DNA from: an uncultured Candidatus Binatia bacterium
Lineage (GTDB): Bacteria; Desulfobacterota; Binatia; UBA9968; JAJDTQ01
Length of the DNA: 64,000 nucleotides
Reading direction: 5' to 3'
NCBI GenBank assembly: GCA_965204205.1
Contig: OZ241976.1
Coordinates: forward strand, 1,935,293-1,999,292
Shown here: positions 46,499 through 56,720 of the stretch, one piece after another
Layout of the letters: each line of letters starts with the position of its first letter
Numbering within the stretch: the stretch's first letter is position 1
Program-made: the position numbers and the translations under genes
Notes under the pieces: model-generated
What the model was told of the DNA's origin: nothing
The model's input: only the letters and a program-made list of their open reading frames with translations
Databases searched by the model: none

Positions 46499-47458
46499 AT
46501 GACCAAAAGACTCAACTTCGGCATCCTGCTGCCAACCCGGGGAGTGATCCTGGCCAAGACCGCGGTCCCGGACCTGAGCCCGGTCTTCAACCTCGCCGAC
46601 GCGGTCGAGAAGGCCGGTTACGACTCGGTGTGGATCGGCGACAGCGTCACCGCCAAGTCGCGGCTGGAGGTCATCAGCACCCTGGGGGCGCTGTCGGTCA
46701 AGACCGAGCGGGTGAAGATCGGCACCGCGGTGCTGCTGGCGGCCATGCGCAATCCCGTGGTGCTGGCCCAGGCCCTGGCCAGCGTCGACGTCCTGTGCGG
46801 CGGTCGGCTGATCTGCGGCGTCGGCGTCTCCCGCAACGACAGGATGTTCGAGGAGGAATACACGGCCTGCGGCGTCCCCTTCAACCAGAAGGCCGGACGC
46901 CTGAGCCAGGTGCTCCGGATCATGAAGCTCCTGTGGGCGGGGGACGAGGTCACCCACGAGAACAAGTACTATACCATCGAGAACATCTCGCTGCTGCCCA
47001 AGCCGGTGCAGCGGCCCGGAATCCCCTTGTGGGTGTCGAGCAACGACGTGGACAGCGGGCTCAAGCGGGTCGGCCTTTACGGCGACGCCTGGATCACCAA
47101 CATCCCGTCGCTCGAGGTCTTCAAGGAGTCGCGGAAGAAGATGGAAGACTTCGCCAGCGACGCCGGACGGAATCCCGACGACATCCACCGCTGCCTGTAC
47201 CTCACCATCCACATGGACCCGGACGCCGACAAGGCGCGCCGGGAGGGCGGCGCGTTCCTGGAGGCCTACTACCACAAGACCTATGAAGAGGTGGCGGCAC
47301 AGCTCGTGGTGAAGGCCGGCGGCACCAACGAGGTGGTGGACTTCATCAACGAGTACGCGGAAGCCGGCATCCAGACCTTTATCGTCCGCTTCGCCGCCAA
47401 GGACCAGTTCCAGCACCTCGAGGTATGCAGCGAGCACGTCATGCCGCACTTCCAATAG
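46499..47458 (+). CDS. LLM-class (luciferase-like) flavin-dependent oxidoreductase
   Basis: GYDSVWIGD, VKIGTAV, RNPVVLA, PKPVQRP. Confidence 0.88.
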   Translation: MTKRLNFGILLPTRGVILAKTAVPDLSPVFNLADAVEKAGYDSVWIGDSVTAKSRLEVISTLGALSVKTERVKIGTAVLLAAMRNPVVLAQALASVDVLCGGRLICGVGVSRNDRMFEEEYTACGVPFNQKAGRLSQVLRIMKLLWAGDEVTHENKYYTIENISLLPKPVQRPGIPLWVSSNDVDSGLKRVGLYGDAWITNIPSLEVFKESRKKMEDFASDAGRNPDDIHRCLYLTIHMDPDADKARREGGAFLEAYYHKTYEEVAAQLVVKAGGTNEVVDFINEYAEAGIQTFIVRFAAKDQFQHLEVCSEHVMPHFQ

Positions 47459-47470
47459 GCAGGCGGTAGC

Positions 47471-48661
47471 ATGAGCGCCGATCGCGTGCTGGTGGCGGGC
47501 GCCGGCCCCGTGGGCCTGGTGGTGGCGCTGCATCTGGCGCAGCACGACGTGCCGGTCACCGTGCTGGAGGCGGAGGCCGAGCTGCCGGAGACGTTGCGGG
47601 CCTCCACCTTCCACCCCCCTACCCTCGACATGCTGGCGTCGACCGGAGTGTTGGCGGACTTCCTGGCCCTGGGACTCAAGGCCCCCACCCTCCAGTACCG
47701 CGAGCGCGCGGGCTGCATCGCGGAGTTCGACTTCGGCCGGATCGCCGACGTCACCGCGCACCCGTACCGGCTTCAGTGCGAGCAGTTCAAGCTCAATCGG
47801 CTGCTGTACGAGAAGCTGACCACCCTGCCGGGAACCGAAGTGCTGTTCTCAAGGGAAGTGACGGGGGTGGTGGAAGACGCGACCTCCGTCACCGCGCTAG
47901 CGGGCCAAGGCAGCGCCGCCCGGCGCTTTCGGGGACGCTACCTGGTGGGCGCCGACGGCGCCCGCAGCAACGTCCGCAAGTCCCTGGACATCCCCTTCGA
48001 CGGATTCACCTGGCCCGAGCGCTTCCTGGTGGTGAGCACGCCCTTCCCATTTGAAGACCACTTCGACGGGCTTGCGCCGGTGAGTTATTTCGCCGACCCC
48101 GAGGAATGGTTCTTCCTGCTGCGGGTACCGGGCCTGTGGCGGGCGATGTTTCCCACGCGGCCGGAAGAGAGCGACGACGCGGTGCTCAGCGATGCCAGCG
48201 TCGAGCGGCGGCTCCAGCGCGTGGTCCCGACCGGACGCCGCTACCCGGTGCGCCACCGGACCCTCTACCCCGTCCACCAACGGGTGGCGTCGCGCTACCG
48301 CGAGGGACGGGCTTTCCTCGCCGGCGACGCGGCCCACATCAACAATCCCCTGGGGGGCATGGGCATGAACGGCGGCATCCACGACGGCTACAACCTCGCG
48401 GAAAGGCTGGTGTGCGTGTGTCGCGGAGACGCGCCGGAGTCGGAGCTCGACGGCTACGAGCGGCAGCGCCGGCCCATCGCGCTGGAGTACGCCAACGTCC
48501 ACTCCACGGCCAACAAGCTGAACCTCGAGGCCCGCGACCCAGAGCGCCAGCAGGAGTTCCGCCGCACCATGCGCGAGACCGCCGCCGACCCGAAGAAGTC
48601 CTACGAGTACCTGTTGCGGGTGTCGATGATCGCCAGCCTGCGGCAGGCGGCGAGGCTGTAA
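47471..48661 (+). CDS. FAD-dependent monooxygenase (PheA/TfdB/MhpA-like)
   Basis: GAGPVG, GADGARS, LAGDAAH.NNPLGGMGMN. Confidence 0.9.
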   Translation: MSADRVLVAGAGPVGLVVALHLAQHDVPVTVLEAEAELPETLRASTFHPPTLDMLASTGVLADFLALGLKAPTLQYRERAGCIAEFDFGRIADVTAHPYRLQCEQFKLNRLLYEKLTTLPGTEVLFSREVTGVVEDATSVTALAGQGSAARRFRGRYLVGADGARSNVRKSLDIPFDGFTWPERFLVVSTPFPFEDHFDGLAPVSYFADPEEWFFLLRVPGLWRAMFPTRPEESDDAVLSDASVERRLQRVVPTGRRYPVRHRTLYPVHQRVASRYREGRAFLAGDAAHINNPLGGMGMNGGIHDGYNLAERLVCVCRGDAPESELDGYERQRRPIALEYANVHSTANKLNLEARDPERQQEFRRTMRETAADPKKSYEYLLRVSMIASLRQAARL

Positions 48662-48710
48662 CGACGCCTCCACGTGACCCCGGACTGAAGCCGGAGCCCC
48701 AAATCGCGGC

Positions 48711-48815
48711 TCAGGCGCCGGTCACGTCGAAAAAGCGGATGGTCGGCGTCTCGGCGAGGTGCTCCATCAGCCGGCCGCTGACGCCCCTCTCCCGCTGCCA
48801 GGCCAGATACTTTCG
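48711..48815 (-). pseudogene. C-terminal remnant of an antibiotic-biosynthesis-monooxygenase (ABM)-like gene
   Basis: RKYLAWQRERGVSGRLMEHLAETPTIRFFDVTGA* resembles ABM/quinol monooxygenase C-termini; no N-terminal half. Confidence 0.45.
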
Positions 48816-48929
48816 TATTGCTCGCGGGTTCGGTTCGGGTATGCTTGACAGACGGCGATGCCAAAGCCAGATTAACCTCCGGTCCGGCGCGGCCCGCCGG
48901 CCCCATGGAGCCCTGCTTCGACGGAGGCG

Positions 48930-49742
48930 ATGATGCCCAAGGTACTGACACGAGAACAGGTGGACGCCTACCACCGCGACGGATTCCTTTTCCCCGTGCG
49001 CATCATGGACATGGAATCCGCGGGTACGTTGAGGCGAAAACTGGAGGACGTGGAGAAAGCCATCGGCGGGGAGATGCAGGAACGCTACCGTATCAAGGCC
49101 CACCTGCCCTTCCCCTGGCTCAACGAGCTGATCCGGAACCCGGTGATGCTCGACGCGGTGGAGGACATCATCGGCCCGAACATCCTGTGCTGGGGCTCCA
49201 GCTTCTTCACCAAGAACGCCCATGACCCGCGGTTCGTCTCCTGGCACCAGGACACCACCTACTACGGGCTGCAGCCGCGGGAGACCCTGACCGCCTGGTT
49301 CGCCTTCACCGACAGCAAGGTGGAGAGCGGCTGCATGCGGGTGGTGGCCGGCTCGCAGGCCGGTGGCGCCCGCCGGCACGTGGAGACCTTCGCGGCGGAC
49401 AACCTGTTATCCCGAGGCCAAACCGTGGAAGACGTGGACGAATCGCAGGCCGTGGACGTGGAGCTCGAGGCCGGGGAGATCTCGTTCCACAGCGAGACCG
49501 TGATCCACGGCTCCAATCCCAACGAGTCGGACGACCGGCGGCTGGGCTACTCCATCCACTTCATCGCGCCGCACGTGCACCAGACGCTGTTCGACCACGC
49601 CACCGCGGCGCTGCTGCGCGGCACCGACACGCACGGCTATTGGGAGCCCGAGCCCGTGGCGAAGCAGGACTTCGACCCGGAGTGCCTCGCCGCTCTCGAC
49701 CGCAACCACCAGCAGTACAAGGCCAACAAGCAGGAGGGGTAG
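48930..49742 (+). CDS. Phytanoyl-CoA dioxygenase (PhyH) family Fe(II)/2OG oxygenase
   Basis: WHQD, GCMRVVAGS, IHGS.PN.SDDRR. Confidence 0.9.
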   Translation: MMPKVLTREQVDAYHRDGFLFPVRIMDMESAGTLRRKLEDVEKAIGGEMQERYRIKAHLPFPWLNELIRNPVMLDAVEDIIGPNILCWGSSFFTKNAHDPRFVSWHQDTTYYGLQPRETLTAWFAFTDSKVESGCMRVVAGSQAGGARRHVETFAADNLLSRGQTVEDVDESQAVDVELEAGEISFHSETVIHGSNPNESDDRRLGYSIHFIAPHVHQTLFDHATAALLRGTDTHGYWEPEPVAKQDFDPECLAALDRNHQQYKANKQEG

Positions 49743-49829
49743 TGCCGGGCCGTTCCCGGCAACCCGCACCCCCTCCCTGTCCGCGCTCCTGGAAGAGAGT
49801 TCAAGTCTGTTCGAGAAAGGATGTTATAA

Positions 49830-50678
49830 GTGCCTGACAAGACGTTGAATGGCAAGGTGGTTATCATCACCGGTGGCGCGGGAGGCATGGGCACCATCAT
49901 GACGCTGGCGCTGCTGGAAGACGGCGCCCGCGTGGCGGTGGTGGACAACCGGGAGGAGCGGTGCCAGGCCATGGCGCGAAACGCGGCGGGCGTGGCCGAT
50001 GAAGGAGCGCTCATCACCCTCACCGCCGACATCACCAAGGACGACGAGTGCGAACGGGTAGTCAACGCGGTGCTGGGTCGTTTCGGTCGGCTCGACGCCT
50101 TGGTCAACGCCGCCGGCATCGGCATGCAGACCGTGCGCGCCAACTACATGAGCGAGCCGGTGCGCTTCTGGGAGGTGGAGCCCGACCGCTGGCAGTCCGT
50201 CATGGACGTCAACTGGAAAGGGGCGTTCCTCATGGCCCGGGCCGCCACCCCGCACCTGGTGGAGCAGGGCTCCGGCCGCATCGTCAACGTCACCACCAGC
50301 CTGGACACCATGTTTCGCGGCCAGTACACGCCCTACGGCATGTCCAAGGCCGCGCTCGAGGCCGCCTCCGCGAGCTGGGCGAAGGACCTGGAGGGCACCG
50401 GCGTCACGGTCAACGTGCTGGTGCCCGGCGGCCCCACCAACACGAGCTTCATTCCGGAGAGCGCGCCCTTCGACCGGAGCAAACTGGTGCAGCCCGAGGT
50501 CATGGCCGCGCCCATCCGCTGGCTCGTCTCCGACGCCTCGCAGGACATCACCGGCTGCCGCTTCGTCGGCAACGACTGGGACACGGCCCTGGAGCCCGAC
50601 AAGGCCGCCAAGGCCGTCTGCCGCCCCGCGGCCTGGCAGGACCTGACCTCCCAAGCGGCCTGGCCCGACCGGAAATAG
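49830..50678 (+). CDS. SDR family oxidoreductase
   Basis: TGGAGGMG, LVNAAG, YGMSK. Confidence 0.9.
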   Translation: MPDKTLNGKVVIITGGAGGMGTIMTLALLEDGARVAVVDNREERCQAMARNAAGVADEGALITLTADITKDDECERVVNAVLGRFGRLDALVNAAGIGMQTVRANYMSEPVRFWEVEPDRWQSVMDVNWKGAFLMARAATPHLVEQGSGRIVNVTTSLDTMFRGQYTPYGMSKAALEAASASWAKDLEGTGVTVNVLVPGGPTNTSFIPESAPFDRSKLVQPEVMAAPIRWLVSDASQDITGCRFVGNDWDTALEPDKAAKAVCRPAAWQDLTSQAAWPDRK

Positions 50679-50807
50679 CTTCGGGTTTCCCCCAACGCCT
50701 GAACCTCCTGTTTTCGTTTGCCGCGCCCGACCGCTTTTGATAAAGGTCGGCCACGCAGATTCAGGGCCGTATTTATGACGCAGGACACCAAACAGGAGGG
50801 ATGACCC

Positions 50808-51896
50808 ATGAAGGACTCCACGGAAACCAGGGAAACGAAGACTGGAGGGATCAACCGCCGCACCTTCATCGGCGGCAGCGTGGCGGCCGGGGCGATGATC
50901 CTGGGGGCGCCTTACATCGCCTCCAAGGCCCGGGCCAAGACCAAGACCATCTACATCAACACCTGGGGCGGAAGCTGGGGCAAGGCGGAGGCGGAGGCCT
51001 ACTACAAGCCCTATGAAAAGGCCTCCGGGATCGCGGTAAAGCCCATCACGCCGGTGTCGTTCGCCAAGATGAAGGCCCAGGTCCAAAGCGGCCACTACGA
51101 GTTCGACGTGGCCGGCATGGGACGCTCCGATTCGATCCGAGGGCTCAACGACAACCTGCTGGAGCACATCCACTACGACATCATCCGGCTCACCGACTAT
51201 CCGCCGGACACCATCGGGTACAACGGCATCTCGCGCCATTCCATCTCCACCAACCTCGTCTACAACAAGAAGAAGTTCCCCAACGGCGGCCCGCAGTCCT
51301 GGGCCGACTACTGGAACGTGGAGAAGTTCCCCGGCAACCGGGGCGCCTACAAGGACGCCGCCCGGATGCTTCCGTTCGCGCTGCTGGCGGACGGCGTACC
51401 CAAAGACGAGCTCTATCCCCTGGACGTGGACCGGGCCTTCAAGAAGCTCGACGAGCTCAAGCCCCACGTCAAGGTGTGGTGGCGGCGCGGATCCCAGTCG
51501 GTGCAGCTCGTCCGCGACGGCGAAGTCGACATGATGCCCATGTGGAACACCCGCGCCGGCGTCGCCGTGGAGCAGGGAGTGCCCATCGAGGTGGTCTGGA
51601 ACCAGGCCCACATGCGCCGCTCCAACTGGATCGTCGCGCGCGGCACCCCCAACGCCGCGGAATCCTGGCGGTTCGTGCAGTTCTGTCTGAAACCCGAGAA
51701 CCTGGGGGTCTTCTGCCGCCTGATGAACACCGGCCCGTGGATCGCCGCGGCCTACGAACACATCAACGAGAAAAAGGCGCGGATGATGCCCACGTGGAAG
51801 GACAATCTCCCGCTCACCTACCAGCCGGATCCGCTCTGGGTGGGCACCAACCTGAGCGAGTTGACCAAGCGCTTCAACCAGTGGCTGGCCACGTGA
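50808..51896 (+). CDS. ABC transporter substrate-binding protein (PotD/PotF-like), Tat-exported
   Basis: NRRTF Tat signal, WGG, PQSWADYWNVEKFPG.R, ALLADGV....LYPLDVDRAF. Confidence 0.9.
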   Translation: MKDSTETRETKTGGINRRTFIGGSVAAGAMILGAPYIASKARAKTKTIYINTWGGSWGKAEAEAYYKPYEKASGIAVKPITPVSFAKMKAQVQSGHYEFDVAGMGRSDSIRGLNDNLLEHIHYDIIRLTDYPPDTIGYNGISRHSISTNLVYNKKKFPNGGPQSWADYWNVEKFPGNRGAYKDAARMLPFALLADGVPKDELYPLDVDRAFKKLDELKPHVKVWWRRGSQSVQLVRDGEVDMMPMWNTRAGVAVEQGVPIEVVWNQAHMRRSNWIVARGTPNAAESWRFVQFCLKPENLGVFCRLMNTGPWIAAAYEHINEKKARMMPTWKDNLPLTYQPDPLWVGTNLSELTKRFNQWLAT

Positions 51897-51924
51897 TGCA
51901 GGAGAACGGGCCCGACTTGCACGG

Positions 51925-52812
51925 ATGAATGCCACCGCCGCAAGGCCCGCGGACAACCCCGTCGGCAAGAAGGCTTTCAGGCCGTGGCGCTCGCGCGCCA
52001 ACCTTTCGGCCTGGACGCTTTCCGCGCCGGCGGTGTTGTTCATCGCCGTCCTGTTCGTCTATCCGCTGCTGGACGTCGTCGTCATCAGCTTCACCGACCC
52101 GACGCTGTCCCTCGTCAACTACCGGGAGTTCTTCTCCTCGTCGCTCTATTCGAGGGTGTTGGGGAACACGTTCTGGTTCGCCTTCGTGGTAACCGTGATC
52201 TGCCTGCTCCTTGGCTATCCCCTGGCCTACGTCATCGTCCGCTACGGCGGCACCCTGGGATTCGCGCTGTTGCTGGTGGTGGCCATGAGCTTCTGGACGA
52301 GCTTTCTCGTCCGCACCTACTCGTGGCTGGTGATCCTGGGCAGCAAGGGACCGGTGACCAAGCTGCTCGCCTGGGTCGGTTTCGACCCGGTGCCGCAGAT
52401 CCTGTTCAACAGCTTCGCCACCACGCTGGGCATGGTGCACATCCTGATCCCCTACATGATCCTGTCGATCTACGCGGCCATGCAGAAGATCGACCCCAAC
52501 CACCTGCGGGCGGCGGCGAGCCTGGGCGCCACCCCCTTCCAGGGCTTTCGCACGGTCTTTCTTCCGTTGAGCCTGCCGGGGGTGGTGAACGGCTGCACCC
52601 TGGTCTTCATCATCTGCCTGGGATTCTACGTGACGCCGGTGCTGCTCGGGGGACCACGGGACCAGATGATCGCGGGACTCATCGGGGAGCAGATCGAGGA
52701 GCTTCTCGAGTGGGGCTTCGCCTCGGCCATGGCGGTGGTGCTCTTGGCGACGACCATGGCGCTGCTGGCCGTCTACAACCGGCTGGTGGGGTTGGATAAA
52801 CTGTGGGGATAA
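51925..52812 (+). CDS. ABC transporter permease (PotB-like)
   Basis: LGYPLAY, VRTYSW, AAASLGA EAA-like loop, TPVLLGG. Confidence 0.9.
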   Translation: MNATAARPADNPVGKKAFRPWRSRANLSAWTLSAPAVLFIAVLFVYPLLDVVVISFTDPTLSLVNYREFFSSSLYSRVLGNTFWFAFVVTVICLLLGYPLAYVIVRYGGTLGFALLLVVAMSFWTSFLVRTYSWLVILGSKGPVTKLLAWVGFDPVPQILFNSFATTLGMVHILIPYMILSIYAAMQKIDPNHLRAAASLGATPFQGFRTVFLPLSLPGVVNGCTLVFIICLGFYVTPVLLGGPRDQMIAGLIGEQIEELLEWGFASAMAVVLLATTMALLAVYNRLVGLDKLWG

Positions 52813-52819
52813 CAGCGCG

Positions 52820-53593
52820 ATGAACCTCCTGAGAGCCATCGCCATCGCCATCGGCGCCTTCATCGCCGCGCCGATGTTCATCGTCATCCCCATGTCGCTC
52901 AGCGACTCGCCCTCTTTCGCGTTCCCGCCCACGGGCTACTGGCTGGGTTACTACCGCGCATACTTCACCAACGAGCTGTGGACGACACCGACCATCAACA
53001 GCGCCATCATCGCCACCGCCACCATGTTCGTGACCATGGCGCTGGTGGTGCCGGCCTCCTTCGCGCTGGTGCGCTTCCGGTTTCCGGGCCGCGGCACGGT
53101 GAACTTCCTGCTGATGATGCCGCTCATGGTCCCCCACATCGTCCTGGCGCTGGGCTACTACGCCGTTTTCAGTCCGGTGGGGCTCACCAACAACCACATC
53201 GGGGTCATCATCGCCCATACCTGCGTGTCCGTGCCGGTGGCGTTTCTGATCGTCTCCGCCACGCTCAAGGGCTTCGACCGCAATCTAGAGCGCGCCGCCA
53301 TGAGCTCGGGAGCCGGACCGCTCAGGACCTTTCTCCACGTCACCCTGCCGGTGCTGCGGCCGGGCTTTCTGGTGGCGTCGCTGTTCGCCTTCCTGCACTC
53401 GTTCGACGAGACCGTCATCGCCATCTTCATCGCCGGCCGCGACGCCTCCACCCTACCCCGCAAGATGTACGAAAGCGTGCGGCTGGAAGCCGACCCGGTG
53501 TTGGCGGTGGTCTCGACCCTGCTGTTCACGCTGGTGCTGATCGGCACGGCGATTGCCGCGGCAACCCGAAAGAGGCCGGTGCATGCGACTTGA
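52820..53593 (+). CDS. ABC transporter permease (PotC-like)
   Basis: LERAAMSSGA, SFDE, TLP motifs. Confidence 0.9.
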   Translation: MNLLRAIAIAIGAFIAAPMFIVIPMSLSDSPSFAFPPTGYWLGYYRAYFTNELWTTPTINSAIIATATMFVTMALVVPASFALVRFRFPGRGTVNFLLMMPLMVPHIVLALGYYAVFSPVGLTNNHIGVIIAHTCVSVPVAFLIVSATLKGFDRNLERAAMSSGAGPLRTFLHVTLPVLRPGFLVASLFAFLHSFDETVIAIFIAGRDASTLPRKMYESVRLEADPVLAVVSTLLFTLVLIGTAIAAATRKRPVHAT

Positions 53594-55784
53594 GAGGTTG
53601 CTTCGACCGGAATCGATCACGGTCTACGGCGCCAGCGAGAACCGCGGGCCGGGCCGGCGGATTCTCGAGATGCTCGACAGGATGGGCTACGCGGGCGCCG
53701 TCTATCCGGTCAATCCCAGGTACGAGACGGTGCTCGGAAGGCACTGTTACCCGAGCCTGGAGGAAGTCCCCGAGGGAATCGACGCCATCGTGTTCTGCGT
53801 CAACCACAGGCTGGTGGTGGAACCCTTCCGGACCGCCGCCGCCCGGGGCTTCGGCGCCGCGGTGATCCTCGACGGCGGCTTTGCCGAGGCGGGCGAGGAA
53901 GGCCGCAGGCGTCAGGACGAGATCGAGGCCGCCGCGCGCGGCGCAGGCATGGCGGTATGCGGCCCGAACTGCATGGGCGTGCTGAGCCCGCACCACCGCA
54001 CCAGCCTCTACACCTCCAACCTGCTGCATCCGGAAAAGCTGCCGGGCAACGTCGCCATGGTCACCCAGAGCGGCTCCATCGCCATCGGGCTTCTGACCGA
54101 CTGCCGCCGCTTCGGCTTCAGCCACGTAGTCTCCACCGGCAACGAAGCGGTCACCACCACCGCCGAGTTCATCGACCATCTGGCGGACGACCCCCACACA
54201 CGGGTCATCGCCACCTTCACCGAGACCGTCCGCGATCCGGAACGCTACGTCGCCGCGCTGGACAAGGCGGCCGACCGCGGCAAGCCGGTGGTGGTGCTCA
54301 AGGTCGGCCGCAACGACCGCACGCGCCGGGCCATCACCAGCCATACCGGAGGCCTCGCGGGCGAGGCCCGGGTGTTCTCGGAGGTCCTCAAGCGGCACCG
54401 GGCCATCGAGGTCGGCGACATGGACGAGCTGACCGAGGTGCTGGCGAGCTGTCAGGGCGAGCGTTGGCCCACCGGCCGGAGAATCGGCGTGATCACGGCG
54501 TCCGGCGGCCAGGCGGAACTGATCCTGGACGTCGCCGGAGGGGCGGGTTTGCGCCTGCTGCCGCTGTCCGAAGCAGGCCGCCGGGAGGCGGAGCGCGTCA
54601 TCGGGCCGCTGACGGGCGACGGTAACCCCCTCGATGCCTGGGGCGACGGCAAGTTCGACGTGAACATACCCCACGGGCTCAAAGTTCTGGAGAACGAGCC
54701 CGACGTGGACTCCATCGTCATGGTGAGCGACAGCCGCGACGACTCGCCCATGGTACCGACCCAATACACGCAGTACCTCGCCGAGACCGCCCGGCGGACG
54801 TCCAAGCCCTGCTTTTTCATGAACACCCGCCCGGGCATCTTTCGACAGGAGTTCGCCGACGCGCTCCGGGCCGCCGGCATCCCCACCATCGGGGGAGCAC
54901 GCCAAGGCCTGGGCGCCGTCGACCGGCTCGCGCGCTGGTCCATGCCGAGCTTCGACCCCCTGCCGGAGCCGCCGCCGACTGAGCGCGTCGCCGCACTCCT
55001 GGAGAGCACGGACATCCAGCCCCGTCCGACGGCCAAAGGCCCTCCCTCCCATGGGTACGTCTCGCAACGACCGGGATGCTCGGACAGGGTTCCAGGCAAC
55101 CGCCGTCCGCACCGCTCCTACATCAACGAGGTGGCTTCCAAGAAGTTGCTCGGCGAGGCGGGGCTGCCGGTGGTGGCCGAGAGGGTCGTGGCGTCGCGGG
55201 AGGAAGCGCTGGAGGCGGCCGGGAGCATCGGCTATCCGGTCGTGCTCAAGGTGGCTTCCGACGACATCCCGCACAAATCCGATCTCGGCCTGGTGGCCAC
55301 GGGCCTCGCGGGAGAGGCAGCGCTGGCCGTGGCCTTTGACGACGCGGCAGCTCGGCTGGAACGGCTCTCGCCGCCGCCGTCGGATGCCGCGTTCGTCGTC
55401 CAGGCCATGGTCCGGGATGCGGTGGAGTTGTTCATGGGCGTAAGCCGGGACCCCGATTTCGGGCTCGTGCTGGCGTTCGGGCTGGGCGGCGTCCTGGTGG
55501 AGATCCTCGACGACGTCGCGCTTCGCCCGCTGCCGCTCCGCGATGGCGACGTCAACGCCATGATCGCCGAGACGCGCGGGCGTCGGCTTCTGGGAGCCGT
55601 GCGGGGACGTCCGGCTCGGGATGTCCAGGCGGTGCGCGAGTGCCTGACCGCGCTCGGGAACTTTGCCTGGGCCGAGCGGGACTCCATCGCCGAGATCGAC
55701 CTCAACCCGGTCATGGCGCTTCCCCGGGGCCAGGGGTGCATCGTGGTGGACGCGCTGATCATCCCGCGGGAGGACAACACATGA
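53583..55784 (+). CDS. ADP-forming acyl-CoA synthetase (acetate--CoA ligase family, fused alpha/beta)
   Basis: YPVNP, GFAEAG, GPNCMG, TQSG, STGNEA, SHTG phospho-His, NPLD, ATP-grasp PHKSD, EIDLNP. Confidence 0.9.
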   Translation: MRLERLLRPESITVYGASENRGPGRRILEMLDRMGYAGAVYPVNPRYETVLGRHCYPSLEEVPEGIDAIVFCVNHRLVVEPFRTAAARGFGAAVILDGGFAEAGEEGRRRQDEIEAAARGAGMAVCGPNCMGVLSPHHRTSLYTSNLLHPEKLPGNVAMVTQSGSIAIGLLTDCRRFGFSHVVSTGNEAVTTTAEFIDHLADDPHTRVIATFTETVRDPERYVAALDKAADRGKPVVVLKVGRNDRTRRAITSHTGGLAGEARVFSEVLKRHRAIEVGDMDELTEVLASCQGERWPTGRRIGVITASGGQAELILDVAGGAGLRLLPLSEAGRREAERVIGPLTGDGNPLDAWGDGKFDVNIPHGLKVLENEPDVDSIVMVSDSRDDSPMVPTQYTQYLAETARRTSKPCFFMNTRPGIFRQEFADALRAAGIPTIGGARQGLGAVDRLARWSMPSFDPLPEPPPTERVAALLESTDIQPRPTAKGPPSHGYVSQRPGCSDRVPGNRRPHRSYINEVASKKLLGEAGLPVVAERVVASREEALEAAGSIGYPVVLKVASDDIPHKSDLGLVATGLAGEAALAVAFDDAAARLERLSPPPSDAAFVVQAMVRDAVELFMGVSRDPDFGLVLAFGLGGVLVEILDDVALRPLPLRDGDVNAMIAETRGRRLLGAVRGRPARDVQAVRECLTALGNFAWAERDSIAEIDLNPVMALPRGQGCIVVDALIIPREDNT

Positions 55785-56611
55785 CGGACACCGACCCGGT
55801 TCTCACCTACCGCAAGGACGGCGACATCGGCATCGTCTCGCTCAACCGGCCGGAAAAGCGCAACGCCCTCAACCGGGCGCTGTCGCAGGCGCTGGTAGAA
55901 GCCCTCGACACCGCCGACCAGGACCCCGGCGTCACGGTCATCGTGCTGCGTGGCGAGGGCAAGAGCTTCTGCGCCGGCCACGACGTCGAGCGCAACGATC
56001 CGGAGCGGGAGAAGGACCGCCACCACGCGATCCGAACGCACCACCGGCTGAGCCGCGGCCTCAGGCTGGCCACCGCCATCTGGGAGCTGCACACGCCCGT
56101 CATCGCCTCGGTGCAGGGACACGCCCTGGGCGAAGGGTGTGTCATGACCATGCTCTGCGACCTGACCATCGCCGCCGAGGACGCCCTGTTCGGCGAACCG
56201 GAGATACGCTTCGCCGGACCCGCCACGGCCATGATGATGCCCTGGGTCATCGGACTCAAGCGCGCCCGCGAGCTGATCTACATGGGCGACATGATCGGCG
56301 CGGTGGAGGCCCGGGAGATCGGCATGGTCAACCGAGTGGTCCCCGCCGACCAGCTCGAGGAGGCGACGCTCCAGTATGCGCGGCGCCTGGCCCTGATCGG
56401 GCCGGAAGCCCTGTTCTGCGCCCGGACGAGCATCAACCGGATTCTCGAGGCCCAAGGCATTCGCGTGGCGTTCAACAGCTCCGTCGATCTCATCGCGCCG
56501 ACCTACGCCACCGAGTCACAGGTGCACCGCGATTTCCAGGCCAAGGTGGCGGAGCTGGGGCTGGCCGGGGCCTTCAAGTGGCGGCGCGACCAGTTCAAGG
56601 AATCCCGATGA
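55781..56611 (+). CDS. Enoyl-CoA hydratase/isomerase (crotonase) family protein
   Basis: LNRPEKRNAL, FCAGHD, FGEPE; ATGA overlap. Confidence 0.9.
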   Translation: MTDTDPVLTYRKDGDIGIVSLNRPEKRNALNRALSQALVEALDTADQDPGVTVIVLRGEGKSFCAGHDVERNDPEREKDRHHAIRTHHRLSRGLRLATAIWELHTPVIASVQGHALGEGCVMTMLCDLTIAAEDALFGEPEIRFAGPATAMMMPWVIGLKRARELIYMGDMIGAVEAREIGMVNRVVPADQLEEATLQYARRLALIGPEALFCARTSINRILEAQGIRVAFNSSVDLIAPTYATESQVHRDFQAKVAELGLAGAFKWRRDQFKESR

Positions 56612-56638
56612 AACCCGTAGGGAATCCTGAAGAAAACA

Positions 56639-56675
56639 CCGTTCGTCCTGAGCGTCAGCGGAGCGAAGTCGAAGG
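56639..56675 (-). repeat. Intergenic dispersed repeat, copy of the 18638 element
   Basis: Reverse complement CCTTCGACTTCGCTCCGCTGACGCTCAGGACGAACGG. Confidence 0.75.
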
Positions 56676-56720
56676 ACGCCATTCTGACCATGGTTTCATG
56701 AACCGACCGAACGGGACAGC

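Noticed and set aside
52790-52813. DnaA-box-like TTGGATAA/CTGTGGGGATAAC
   Set aside because: Lies within the last codons of a permease gene (LDKLWG*); explained by coding sequence
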